This document shows positions 51,427 through 61,543 of a stretch of 64,000 nucleotides of DNA, piece after piece. This DNA comes from an uncultured Acidobacteriota bacterium. Its GTDB lineage: Bacteria > Acidobacteriota > UBA6911. Numbering within the stretch: the stretch's first letter is position 1; the number at the start of each line of letters is the position of its first letter. A program made the position numbers and the translations under genes. The notes under the pieces are model-generated. The model did not search any database. It was not told the DNA's origin and was given only the letters and a program-made list of their open reading frames with translations. The DNA lies in the NCBI GenBank assembly GCA_963718845.1, contig CAVRAD010000009.1, positions 193,360 through 257,359 on the forward strand. The letters run 5' to 3'.

Positions 51427-52188
51427 ATGAAAAAGCTATTGCTGATGTTTTCTCTCGTGATGGTGTTTGCTCCTCTTTCCAGCGGCCAGGACGAGGAAAA
51501 GATTCAAAGATTGTTCCAGGAAGCCATCCAGGCTATGGGTGGAGATGCCTACCTGAATGTGATCGATATGGTTTCTGAGGGACAGACTTTTTCGTTTAGC
51601 TATGAAGGGGGCTCGTCGCTCCCGGTCAAGTTTACGGACTATACCAAATTTCCCGATAAAAGCCGTTTTGAATTAGGGAACAGGAAGAAAGAGCTTGAAA
51701 TCACTGTCTTTGATCTCGGGAAAAATGAAGGGTGGATCCTGGAAGGACAGAAGGAAACTCGCGACGCCAAGCCCGGTGAGATGGATAGTTTTAAAAATTC
51801 GGTGAAGCACAGCATCGATATGATATTTCGCTTCCGGTACAAGGATCCGGGAACCAGACTGTTCTATTTGGGCGCAGGCGAAGGAAAAGACGTAACGCTT
51901 GAAATAGTCAAGCTGGTGGATCCGGAGAACGATGATGTGCTTCTATACTTCGACCGCATATCCAAGCTGCCTGCGAAGATCGAATATCGCGACATCAACG
52001 ACCGGGGTGTTCGCCAGCAGCATGTCAGAGAGTTCAGCCAGTGGTTCATGAAACAGGGAGTGAATACGCCTCTGCGTATGGACGGGTACCTCAACGGCCG
52101 GCGCTTGTCGCAGCATTTCCTGCTCAAGGTTACGTACAACAATAATTTGCCGGACAGTTTTTTCTCAAAACCCGTTCCTCTTAAGTGA
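51427..52188 (+). CDS. Exported hypothetical protein (LolA-like fold suspected)
   Basis: Signal peptide, AIQAMGG..Y, PDK.R.E, LYFD..SKLP.K, N.NLPDSFFSKP. Confidence 0.72.
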   Translation: MKKLLLMFSLVMVFAPLSSGQDEEKIQRLFQEAIQAMGGDAYLNVIDMVSEGQTFSFSYEGGSSLPVKFTDYTKFPDKSRFELGNRKKELEITVFDLGKNEGWILEGQKETRDAKPGEMDSFKNSVKHSIDMIFRFRYKDPGTRLFYLGAGEGKDVTLEIVKLVDPENDDVLLYFDRISKLPAKIEYRDINDRGVRQQHVREFSQWFMKQGVNTPLRMDGYLNGRRLSQHFLLKVTYNNNLPDSFFSKPVPLK

Positions 52189-52197
52189 TTTTGCGCG

Positions 52198-52820
52198 ATG
52201 GAAATCTACGATATCTCCCGGACGCTGTGTCGGGGAATTGCCGTTTGGCCGGGCGATCCGGAATTCCACAGTCGCCGGGTGATGCGCATTCGTGAAGGAG
52301 CCTCCTCCAACGTCTCGGCTGTCGACCTGTGCGTGCATACGGGGACCCATGTCGACGCCCCACTTCACCTGGATGACTCGCGGATACGATATTGCAGATG
52401 CCCCGCTGGCTCGGTTTATCGGTTCCGCCCGGGTTCTTGCGGTCCCTGTGGCGAAATCCATCCGTGCTTCCGACCTTTCGGGTCTGGACTGGACCAACGT
52501 GGAGCGAGTGCTTTTCAAGACCCGCAGCAGCAGCCTGCCGGAGCAGCGCTTCGATGAGAATTACGTTTATATCGAGAAGGATGCTGCCGCTTTCCTGGTG
52601 CGAAAGGGGATACTGCTTGTCGGCACCGATGCCCCTTCAGTGGACGATTTCGCCGAGCACGGATCTTCCGTCCCACCGTATACTGCTGCAACACGGGATT
52701 GTGATTCTGGAAGGCGCGCGGCTGCAGCATGTCCCGCCGGGGGACTATGAGCTGATATGCCTGCCCCTAAAACTCGCAGGAATGGATGGTTCTCCGGTCC
52801 GCGCCATCCTGCGAAAATAA
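52198..52820 (+). CDS. Cyclase / kynurenine formamidase (KynB) family, two frameshifts (~52380, ~52655)
   Basis: WPGDP, HTGTHVDAPLH, VGTDAPSVD, H..LL..GI.ILE, LPLKL.G.DGSPVRA across three frames. Confidence 0.88.
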
Positions 52821-52930
52821 GACACAGATTGCACAGATTGCACAGACAAGATTGCACAGAACTCATAAAATGCAGCAATGATTTGCGAAATCCGTGCAAT
52901 CTGTCTGTGCAATCCGTGTAATCTGTGTCT
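52820..52930. repeat. Inverted nonamer cassette (CACAGATTG)n ... (AATCYGTGY)n
   Basis: Ends AGACACAGAT / ATCTGTGTCT; fills the gap between the convergent cyclase and lpxC. Confidence 0.87.
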
Positions 52931-52934
52931 GCTT

Positions 52935-53825
52935 TTATATCGCTTTGGCCTGCACGGGTTCCAGCTCCAACGCTGTGCAGATCTGATGATGATCCTTGAG
53001 CCGGGCGATCTGGTCGACGAGAGCCGTGTGGATTGCATGTCCGGCCCGTTCGGCGTAGAGGTGTCCGATAATGGGATATCCGATGAGGGAAATGTCTCCG
53101 AGCAGATCCAGGAGTTTATGGCGCACAAACTCGTTGGGAAATCGAAGATGATTGTTGACGATTCCCGAGGAGTCGAGAACGACCGCGTTTTCGAGAGATC
53201 CGCCCCGGATGAGGCCTAAGCCCTTGAGATATTCGATGTCCGATACGAAGCCGAAAGTGCGCGCCATCGCTATTTCCCGGCAATACGATTCGGGCGTCAG
53301 CTCCATTTCGATCTTCTGATGGCCGATTGCGCTGTGCTCGAATTCGATGATGTACGTGGCTCTGGGAATGCTGTCGGGATACACGCCGGCGACCTTATTG
53401 TCGTGACGCACTTCGATCGGTTTTCGGATCACGAGGTATTTGCGCAAAGCGTTCTGTTCCGCGATCCCTGTCCTGCAAATTTCCTCGGTAAAACTCCTGC
53501 TGCTTCCGTCCAGGATCGGGACTTCCATAGAATCGATGTCCAGATAAACGTTGTCGATCCCCAGGCCGTATAGTGTCGAAAGGAGATGCTCGACCGTGGA
53601 GATCATGACCCCTTTTTTCATCAGCGTGGTCGCATAGCTGACCTTGGCCACGTGCGTGCGAATGGCCTCGATTTCGAAGTTCTTCAGATCGGTGCGGCGG
53701 AAGCGGATTCCCGTTTCGGGAGGGGCCGGTACCAGCGTTAACTGGACAGGATAGCCTGTGTGCAGGCCGATCCCTTCAAAGTGAATCGCTTGTTTCAGCG
53801 TTCTCTGGTGTAGGAACATACGCAT
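52935..53825 (-). CDS. lpxC: UDP-3-O-acyl-GlcNAc deacetylase
   Basis: QRTL, GIGLHTG, TVEHLLS, EVPILDGSS, ARTFGF, RHKLLDLLGD, GH. Confidence 0.97.
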   Translation of the reverse strand: MRMFLHQRTLKQAIHFEGIGLHTGYPVQLTLVPAPPETGIRFRRTDLKNFEIEAIRTHVAKVSYATTLMKKGVMISTVEHLLSTLYGLGIDNVYLDIDSMEVPILDGSSRSFTEEICRTGIAEQNALRKYLVIRKPIEVRHDNKVAGVYPDSIPRATYIIEFEHSAIGHQKIEMELTPESYCREIAMARTFGFVSDIEYLKGLGLIRGGSLENAVVLDSSGIVNNHLRFPNEFVRHKLLDLLGDISLIGYPIIGHLYAERAGHAIHTALVDQIARLKDHHQICTALELEPVQAKAI

Positions 53826-53881
53826 CCGCCTGTCCTAAATAAGCCACGGCTTGCCAACTAAATGGATATCATTTGTAAGAT

Positions 53882-54010
53882 AGCAAATTTGGGGCCATTG
53901 GAAGCGGTTCATGTTGGAATGCTGTAAGTAGTTGATATATAAACTATTGTAATAATGCAGGGCCTCAAGCCGAAATCGACAACCGCCGGCTTTGTTGCAG
54001 AATAGACACA
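53882..54010 (-). promoter_or_regulatory. Putative sigma54 promoter, IHF site and enhancer upstream of lpxC
   Basis: Minus-strand TGGCCC-CAAAT-TTGCT (53897-53882); TATCAA-CTAC-TTA, matching the IHF consensus (53937-53925); TGT-N12-ACA (53993-54010). Confidence 0.68.
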
Positions 54011-54078
54011 GTTTTACTGCAGGCGGGACAAACTACTGGATCATGCGTGGTACCGTGCGGTTTTAGACGTATTCGCTA

Positions 54079-56376
54079 TCAGTACCGATACGAGAGACTC
54101 ACGAAGAAATTCCTTCCCGGTTCGAAAACACGCGCGCCGGAACGGAACGGGTCCCGCTGATAGGAAAGATGTTCGATATATTGCCTGCCAAAGATATTGT
54201 TCAATCCCAACCTGAGTGAGGCGCGTTTATAGTTCAGGCCGCCTTTAATATTGGCGATTCCGTATCCCGGAGTGCGCTGTTCTCCCAATGTTGAGTCCAC
54301 ATTCGTTTGTGCTCCCGTGAACAGTGCCTCAATTTCGCCGAAAAGCTTTCCGATGTCGTAGCGCATCGTTGTCCTTGAGCGCATCGGGGGTATTTCGGCG
54401 AGGTCGGAATCCAGAATTCCTAATTGCGGCACGATATCTCGGATGCCCCGAACGTAGGAAAGGTCGCTGGAAAAGAACAGCTGGCGCGAGAGAAGGTATG
54501 AAACGAGAAATTCGCCGCCGTAAAATTTGGCATTTACATTCTGATAGGAACGCGCATTTTTGTTCATCACACCCGCAACCATGTTCGCTTTTGCCTGCGG
54601 GACCACCGTGACGAAATCATTGATGTAGTTTAAGTAGAGATTCGATTCCAGCAGGAGGCCTTCGTGGCGGAAAGAAAGGACTCCGTCGAACCCGGTATTT
54701 CGGCTTGGCGTCAACTCAGGATTTCCCACCCAGTCAGACCCCATTCTTTTCAGAGCAAAATAACGCTCCCTGGCATCCGGCACCCGGACGGTGTGTCCGA
54801 CACCGCCACTGACCTGAATTCCCATGGGCGCTTTGAAGCTGAGGCGGACGTTGCCGGAGGGATAGTTATTGGTTTTGGAGGTCAATCGTGTGGAGTGATA
54901 GGCATAGTACAGATTTGTGTTTGCCTTGGAATCATCCGCCGCAGTCGTGACGGTGTCCACCCGGCCGCCGAAACTGACTTTAATCCGGTCCGAGAGGGAC
55001 CTGGCGTATTCGGAATAGATGCCGAAGCTATCCGTGCTCACGTCCGGGATGGAATACTGGGGCGCATAACCGCTTCCCGCCATGCGGGTCGTTCCGTCCC
55101 ATTCGCGGTGATAGGCTTCGAGGCCCACCTTGACGTTGTTGAGCATCGTTTCTATTTTTCCGCCGAGCGCCTGCGTCCCTGCAAGCGTTCCCATCGAGTA
55201 TTCCTGCAAAAGGTTCATCGAAGACGTCCGATACTGGTCCGTCATCCAGTGGTCCACTTGTGTAAAATATCCTTGTATCCGCAAGGAACGCACGAATCCC
55301 GAAAGATCATTGATCTGATAGCCGGCGTTGACTCGGTCCGTATTGTCATATGCGGCATCCATCTGCAGATAGGGATACAGGACATGATCCGCTTCCTGAT
55401 GGGCGTAGGACAATTGCGCGACGTGTCCTGCGAATGGATTGACGGATACGGTGCCCCAAGCCGACCCGACTCTGAACGCATCGCTATCCACGGCATCCGA
55501 GCGGTAATTCAGGCCTTCCGTAAATTGTTTTCCCGAGCCATCCGTATAGGGAGACGAGAGGCGGTATGAATAGCCGCCAAGAATAGAGAAGGCATTCCCG
55601 CCATACGACACCGTCGCCGAAGGGTTGATGTAGCCATAGGAACCCGCAGAGAAATTTCCGGCGGCATGCAATCCCTGTTCGGCCTTTTTGGTTACGATAT
55701 TCACGACCCCTCCGAGGCTGCCCTGGTTATTGATGTCGAAGGGGCCTTTTGCTATTTCAATTCGATCCACCTCTGCAAAGTCGACGTGGAAAGACGGCGG
55801 ATCCATATGATTGGGACACGCTCCGTAGATCCTCTGCCCGTCGATCAAAACATTCAGGTCATCGCTAGGAAATCCCCGGAGCACTAGGTCGCTCGCAATC
55901 CCGCCTCTCCTGACTTTTGAAATCGCGGCTTCGTGGGTGAGCGCTTCACCGACATCCCGGGCGGAACTTTCACGAGTTTCCGAGGCCTCCATGCTGTTTT
56001 TGGGCGTTAAGCCCGTGACTGTGATGATCTCACGGACCGTGGCCACCTTGAGTTCAAAATCAACGACCTTGCTGGCTCCGGAAGGAATGGCGAGACTAGC
56101 CAGATTATACGGTTCGAAGCCGGACAGTTCTGCAATAAGCTGGTAACTTCCCGCTTCCAGTTCCGGCACGCGATACATCCCGGTGGAATTGCTGACTACC
56201 TGGGCGACTTCTTCCTTTCCCTCCATCCGGGCTGTGACCAGGGCTCCCGGCAACCTGGCTCCATCCGGTCCGGTGATGACTCCCGTAATAGAGGCGGAAC
56301 GCGGCGCTGCGCCGGCAGCTACTGCACACAAAGCTATACACACTATGACGGCGATGTATACATGACGCCTTCGCAT
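54079..56376 (-). CDS. TonB-dependent receptor, OprC/NosA-like copper type, with an N-terminal carboxypeptidase-regulatory-like domain
   Basis: Plug motif GACPNHMDPP (CxxxM), barrel DHWM (HxM), C-terminal EPGRNFFVSLSYRY. Confidence 0.87.
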   Translation of the reverse strand: MRRRHVYIAVIVCIALCAVAAGAAPRSASITGVITGPDGARLPGALVTARMEGKEEVAQVVSNSTGMYRVPELEAGSYQLIAELSGFEPYNLASLAIPSGASKVVDFELKVATVREIITVTGLTPKNSMEASETRESSARDVGEALTHEAAISKVRRGGIASDLVLRGFPSDDLNVLIDGQRIYGACPNHMDPPSFHVDFAEVDRIEIAKGPFDINNQGSLGGVVNIVTKKAEQGLHAAGNFSAGSYGYINPSATVSYGGNAFSILGGYSYRLSSPYTDGSGKQFTEGLNYRSDAVDSDAFRVGSAWGTVSVNPFAGHVAQLSYAHQEADHVLYPYLQMDAAYDNTDRVNAGYQINDLSGFVRSLRIQGYFTQVDHWMTDQYRTSSMNLLQEYSMGTLAGTQALGGKIETMLNNVKVGLEAYHREWDGTTRMAGSGYAPQYSIPDVSTDSFGIYSEYARSLSDRIKVSFGGRVDTVTTAADDSKANTNLYYAYHSTRLTSKTNNYPSGNVRLSFKAPMGIQVSGGVGHTVRVPDARERYFALKRMGSDWVGNPELTPSRNTGFDGVLSFRHEGLLLESNLYLNYINDFVTVVPQAKANMVAGVMNKNARSYQNVNAKFYGGEFLVSYLLSRQLFFSSDLSYVRGIRDIVPQLGILDSDLAEIPPMRSRTTMRYDIGKLFGEIEALFTGAQTNVDSTLGEQRTPGYGIANIKGGLNYKRASLRLGLNNIFGRQYIEHLSYQRDPFRSGARVFEPGRNFFVSLSYRY

Positions 56377-56443
56377 AAACAGACCTCCTGATGTTTTCGA
56401 ATAGACTCTAAGGAAAACTCAGCTGCTTCTATAGATAGGTCTG

Positions 56444-56962
56444 CTATTTAGGCGGCGGCGAAGGTTTGGTGGGGTAGCGCGTTGTCTCGAGCTCAGGTTT
56501 ATGGGAGATCCAGCCGATCGGATTGAGAGAAGGCAAACGATACTCAGTCTCCGGGGCGGTGGCCAGAGTTGTAACGAGCACCGGATTCACACCCGATTCA
56601 TCGGCCGAAGCTCTTCCTGTACAAGCATCACTGTGCTTGTGCACACAATGATGGACTCCGTGCTCGTCAACATAGCATAGAGCTGTGCAGCAGGTCTTTG
56701 TGTCGCACCCTTCCGTTACGACAGCGGCATTTGCGCTGATGAGCAGAAATGCGACCGGTAAGGGGAGGGCGGATGTCTGCATAAGCAGGGTCAGGCTAAG
56801 CAGAAAGGATAGGAACGGGGCAGGCCGCAGGCCGGGCAGACCTCTGGGGTGCGCCAATCGCAACTTCGATTGGAACGAGGATGAGCGGATTTGGATAGCG
56901 GGCACTACCAGCGCTGACGATTTTTCAAATGCGCGCCGGATATGTGCCATTGCCCTAAACAT
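56444..56962 (-). CDS. Cys/His-rich upstream ORF with a proline-rich C-terminus (DUF2946/CruR-like); start uncertain (56962, 56950 or 56782)
   Basis: Hydrophobic stretch, then CDTKTCCTALCYVDEHGVHHCVHKHSDAC, ending YPTKPSPPPK*, 67 bp before the receptor. Confidence 0.65.
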   Translation of the reverse strand: MFRAMAHIRRAFEKSSALVVPAIQIRSSSFQSKLRLAHPRGLPGLRPAPFLSFLLSLTLLMQTSALPLPVAFLLISANAAVVTEGCDTKTCCTALCYVDEHGVHHCVHKHSDACTGRASADESGVNPVLVTTLATAPETEYRLPSLNPIGWISHKPELETTRYPTKPSPPPK

Positions 56963-57110
56963 TCCGTTTCCTTGCGAAACAAGGCTGCGAAAAGTCTGCC
57001 TCGGATTTCGCAGATCTTTGAAATCTATTCCGTCGAGACCTGATTTGCTAAAGGCTTAAGGCTCATTTGTAGACCAATTCGAATCTAAACACAATCAGGG
57101 CGTTTCCTAA

Positions 57111-57431
57111 GACGTTCAGAAATCGCAGCGCGAAAAGCTGGAGCAACTGCGGAAAATTATCGCAGCTATCGCTCCTGACGTCGTGGAACGCATCAGCTAT
57201 GGAATTCCATATTATGGCTACAAGGGGCAGTTGCCATATTTTCGCCTGTGCAAAACTCATATAGGTCTATATGTGCCCCCTCCTGTCATCGCGGAACACA
57301 GGCGCGAGTTGATGGGATATGAGACTGCGGAAGCGACCGTGCGTTTTCCTCTCGATAAAAAGCTTCTAGTCGGACTCATTCGAATGCTGATCAAGGCACG
57401 GAAGAAGAAAAACGAAACCGGTAGACCCTAA
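57111..57431 (+). pseudogene. DUF1801 (YdhG-like) gene, 5'-truncated or frameshifted
   Basis: Frame reads QREKLEQLRKII..IAPD..ERISYGIP..Y..HIGLY..TVRFPLDK, but has an in-frame TAA at 57108 and no start codon for the N-terminal helix. Confidence 0.65.
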
Positions 57432-57538
57432 GAGCAGCACAATCTCCAGTTGACCTGGCCCGATGAAGAGCCCCGTTAAGCTTGCGCGGTGGGCGGGTTT
57501 TATGGTAAGTATCTTCAGCTAATTTATTGGGCGGATTA

Positions 57539-57628
57539 ATGAACTGCGAAACAAGACTTCAGATTAGAAATTGGCTTTGGTGGTGTGCGACCACGGTTGT
57601 CCGGGTCGGTTGGCCGCCAGTCCCCTGA
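57539..57628 (+). CDS. trpL: trp operon leader peptide
   Basis: 29-aa ORF MNCETRLQIRNWLWWCATTVVRVGWPPVP* with four Trp codons (three clustered), directly upstream of a terminator and trpE. Confidence 0.85.
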   Translation: MNCETRLQIRNWLWWCATTVVRVGWPPVP

Positions 57629-57651
57629 ACAAAAAACTTATAGGGGTGAGG

Positions 57652-57695
57652 AAGCCGTGAGCGACTCGAGACGTTCACGGCTTTTTTGTTTTTTA
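57652..57695 (+). terminator. trp attenuator terminator
   Basis: AAGCCGTGAGCG ... CGTTCACGGCTT followed by TTTTGTTTTTT. Confidence 0.87.
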
Positions 57696-57714
57696 TTGGT
57701 TCCGAGATAACACC

Positions 57715-59194
57715 ATGATTCAGCCATCGTTAGACGAAGTAAAAGCAATTGCCGAGAAGGGATCCATTATTCCTGTCTGCAAGGATATTCTCGGAGATAT
57801 TCTCACTCCTGCCGCCGCATTCTTGCGCGTCGCCCACGGCCGCCGCAGAGTCTTTCTCCTGGAGAGCGTTGAAGGGGGCGAGCGACTGGCGCGGTATTCC
57901 TTCATCGGCTGGGATCCCTTTGTGGTGGTGCGCGGGAAGGGGAATTCCGTATCGATTGAGCGCCAGGGCGAGACTGTCTGCGAGGAAGCGCGAGGATTCG
58001 ACAAGCTCCGGCAGATATCCGGCAGCTTCAAGCCGGTGCCGATACCGGATCTGCCTCCATTCCTCGGCGGCGGTGTCGGGTATTTCGCCTACGATATCGT
58101 CCGCCAGTTTGAAAAACTTCCATCGGCAGCCGAGGATGATTTGGGATTGGATGATTACCAGGTGATGTATTTTTCCACCATCCTCGCTTTCGATCACCTG
58201 CAGCATCGAATTCACATCATCACCAATATCTTCAACGAACACGGGGTGAAAGGCATTGAAGCCAGGTACCAGGACGCTTTGCTGCGCATCGAGCAGATCG
58301 AAAAACGCCTGACGAGTCCCCTCTCGCTGCCTTCGCCGGTTCCCCAGACGTCGATTCCGGAACCGGAGTCCAACGTGAGCGAGGCTCAGTATTACGCCAA
58401 TATCGAAACAGCCAAATCTCATATTCTAGGCGGGCGATATTTTCCAGGTTGTATTATCGCAGCGCTTCGCGATGCAGATTAGTTGCGATCCCTTCGACAT
58501 CTATCGGGCGCTGCGCTTCATCAATCCCTCTCCGTATATGTTTTTTCTGCGGATCGACAATCTGCATCTCGTAGGCGCTTCTCCGGAGATGCTGGTCAAG
58601 GTGCGCGACGGGCGCGTCGAATACGGGCCGATCGCCGGCACGCGCCCGCGCGGCAGAACGCCGGAAGAAGACGCGCAACTCGGTCGGGAACTGCTGGCCG
58701 ACGAGAAGGAGCGGGCGGAACACATCATGCTGGTGGACTTGGGGCGGAACGACCTGGGCCGCGTCTGCGATTTCGGAACCGTCAAGGTGACCGATCTCAT
58801 GCGCATCGAAAAGTACAGCCACGTGATGCATCTCGTCAGCAGCGTCGAAGGCGTGCTGCGCAAAGATCTCGATTGCTTTCACGCGCTGGAATCCTGTCTC
58901 CCGGCCGGCACCGTGTCGGGGGCACCTAAGGTTCGCGCTATGGAAATTATCGAGGCGCTGGAGCCCCGTCGCAGAGGCGTTTATGGCGGAGCCGTAGGCT
59001 ATGTCGATTTCTCCGGGAATCTCGACACCTGTATCGCCCTGCGCACGCTTGTCATCAAGGATGGTGTTGCCTATATTCAGGCGGGAGGTGGAATCGTCGC
59101 CGATTCCCAGCCCCAAAAGGAACGAGAAGAATCGATTAACAAGGCCAGCGCACTGATTCGCGCCGTCAAATTTGCGCATGAAGGCCTAAAATGA
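57715..59194 (+). CDS. trpE: Anthranilate synthase component I, frameshifted near 58430
   Basis: [15 protein letters not shown], ([12 protein letters not shown]), [41 protein letters not shown]. Confidence 0.95.
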
Positions 59195-59318
59195 ATTACG
59201 AATTACGAATTACGAATGACGAATTAAAACATACAGTCTTTGAAGGGGTAACCTGGCTGCCAAAAAGTAACAGCTATTAGTCCATTATTTTTCAATTCGT
59301 CATTCGTCATTCGTCATT
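59193..59318. repeat. Inverted heptamer cassette between trpE and trpG
   Basis: (GAATTAC)3 GAATGAC, then AATTAAAACATAC (reverse complement of the GTATGTTTYAATT core) ... (TTCGTCA)3. Confidence 0.87.
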
Positions 59319-59333
59319 TGGTTGGGGGGGTAA

Positions 59334-59912
59334 ATGATTCTGGTTATTGATAATTATGATTCGTTTACGTTCAACCTGGTGCAATACCTGGGATCCATGG
59401 GGCAGGAGCTGAAGGTTTTTCGCAACGATGCCATTACGCTGGATGAGATTGAACGGCTGGCGCCGGAACGCATCGTCATTTCTCCCGGACCGGGCCGCCC
59501 GGAAAATTCCGGCATCATCATCCAGGTGATCGGGGAATTTTCCGGCAGAATACCAATCCTGGGCGTATGCCTGGGGCATCAGGCGATTGGCGCCGCCTTT
59601 GGCGGAGACGTCGTTTCAGCGCCGCAGATCATGCACGGAAAGACCAGTGAAATATTCCATGACGGCCGGACGATTTTCAAAGATCTGGCGTCGCCGTTTC
59701 GCGCGACGCGCTACCACTCCCTGGTGGTGTCGCCCTTAAACCTGCCGGACTGTCTGGAGATATCCGCGAAAACCGCCGATGGCGTCATTATGGGACTCCG
59801 TCATCGCGAACTGACTGTCGAGGGTGTGCAGTTTCATCCGGAGTCCATCCTGACGGATGTGGGAATGAAGCTGATTGCAAATTTTGTGAATTTAGGAACG
59901 ACGGTGCAATAA
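59334..59912 (+). CDS. trpG: Anthranilate synthase component II (glutamine amidotransferase)
   Basis: [33 protein letters not shown]. Confidence 0.95.
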   Translation: MILVIDNYDSFTFNLVQYLGSMGQELKVFRNDAITLDEIERLAPERIVISPGPGRPENSGIIIQVIGEFSGRIPILGVCLGHQAIGAAFGGDVVSAPQIMHGKTSEIFHDGRTIFKDLASPFRATRYHSLVVSPLNLPDCLEISAKTADGVIMGLRHRELTVEGVQFHPESILTDVGMKLIANFVNLGTTVQ

Positions 59913-59931
59913 AAAAAGATCGGATTTTGAT

Positions 59932-60819
59932 ATGCTGAAGACCCCAAGCGATTATCGGTTGCCCGCAGCCCTGAAGGATACGATCCTTGAAAAGATCATG
60001 CATGCCAAGGTGCGTGAACTCAAAGCAGCAATGAGCAAGTTTCCTGCCGGTTCCCTTGAAGAAGCGCTGGACCGGGCGCCGGAAATTCGTCCATTCAAAA
60101 AGGCGCTGGCGTCGCATGCGCCGGCCATTATTGCCGAAATTAAAAGAGCGTCTCCCTCGGCGGGAGTGATCCGGGAAGACTTCGATCCCGTGACGATCGC
60201 GGAGGAATACCGGAAATCCGGCGCAGCGGCGATTTCCGTTATTACGGAAGTGCATCACTTCCACGGCAGCCTGGAAATACTGGCGCGCCTGCGCTGGAAC
60301 GTCAAAATTCCTTTGCTGCGCAAGGATTTCATCGTCGATCCCTATCAGCTCCTCGAGGCGCGTCACGCGGGAGCGGATGCGGTACTGCTGATTGTCGCGC
60401 TCCTGGACACGGCTGCGCTGAAAAGCCTGCGCATGGAAGCGGAACGGTTGGGGATGGAGGCGCTGGTCGAAGTGCATAATGAATCAGAGCTGCAGTGTGC
60501 CCTGGATTCCGGCGCCACCCTGATCGGCGTCAATAGCCGCAACCTGCGCACTTTTGAGGTTTCTCTCGACATCTCTTTCGATCTTGCGCGCAGGATGCCC
60601 AAAAATGTGCTGGCAGTGGCGGAAAGCGGCATCCGCACATCCGATGATTTGCGCAGGCTTGCCGACGCCGGCTATCGGGGATTCCTCATAGGGGAGCATT
60701 TTATGCGCGCTCCGTCCCCTGGGGCGGCGCTGGCGGAGATGATTCGAAGATTCCAGATTCCTAGATTCCGAGATGAAAAACCACATGCAGACTGGGTGTC
60801 GTTTTTAGAAAATTGCTAA
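59932..60819 (+). CDS. trpC: Indole-3-glycerol phosphate synthase
   Basis: IAEIKRASPS.G, LRKDF, LVEVH, GVNSRNL, AESGI. The C-terminal tail runs into a repeat cassette. Confidence 0.95.
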   Translation: MLKTPSDYRLPAALKDTILEKIMHAKVRELKAAMSKFPAGSLEEALDRAPEIRPFKKALASHAPAIIAEIKRASPSAGVIREDFDPVTIAEEYRKSGAAAISVITEVHHFHGSLEILARLRWNVKIPLLRKDFIVDPYQLLEARHAGADAVLLIVALLDTAALKSLRMEAERLGMEALVEVHNESELQCALDSGATLIGVNSRNLRTFEVSLDISFDLARRMPKNVLAVAESGIRTSDDLRRLADAGYRGFLIGEHFMRAPSPGAALAEMIRRFQIPRFRDEKPHADWVSFLENC

Positions 60820-60907
60820 TTTGTCAGAGAGTATCTTCAATTCTGATCTCATGAGTGTTGTTAGTCTCGAATCTGGAATCTCGGAATCTCGGAATCAAGG
60901 TGCCCCT

Positions 60908-61543
60908 ATGAAGGTTAAAGTTTGCGGCATAACTAACTATGACGATGCCGCCATGGCCCTTGATGAGGGCGTGGATGCGCTGGGATTCAATTTTTTTTCG
61001 CGCAGCCCGAGATACATGCGTCCGGAAGATGCCCGGTCGATTATTCGGCGCATTCCGCCGCTTGTGGTCACGGTTGGACTTTTCGTAAATGTGGATGAGC
61101 CGGATCAGGTTTCCATGGCGGCACGCGCAGCCGGGGTCCAGGTCCTGCAGCTCCATGGCGATGAGACTCCGGAGTACTGCCGGGCGTTGGCGGACTGGAC
61201 ATTGATCAAGGCGGTACGCATAGGCGAAAACGGCATTCCATCCGGTCTCGAAGAATATCCCGTGCAGGCATTTTTGTTGGATGCCAGGGACGACGTTCTT
61301 TTCGGCGGGACAGGAAAATCATTTGACTGGAGTCTTGCGCGGGAGATGCAGTGCATCCGTCCCATCATATTGGCGGGAGGGCTCCGGCCCGACAATGTGA
61401 GGGAAGCGATCCGGGTGGTGGCGCCGTATGGCGTGGATGTCTGCAGCGGCGTCGAATGCGCGCCCGGGAAAAAAGATGCCGCCAGGTTAAGGCAATTTAT
61501 GGATGAGGTGAGAAATGTCGACAGTGTGCTTCACCGGCCCTGA
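60908..61543 (+). CDS. trpF: Phosphoribosylanthranilate isomerase
   Basis: [34 protein letters not shown]. Confidence 0.95.
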   Translation: MKVKVCGITNYDDAAMALDEGVDALGFNFFSRSPRYMRPEDARSIIRRIPPLVVTVGLFVNVDEPDQVSMAARAAGVQVLQLHGDETPEYCRALADWTLIKAVRIGENGIPSGLEEYPVQAFLLDARDDVLFGGTGKSFDWSLAREMQCIRPIILAGGLRPDNVREAIRVVAPYGVDVCSGVECAPGKKDAARLRQFMDEVRNVDSVLHRP

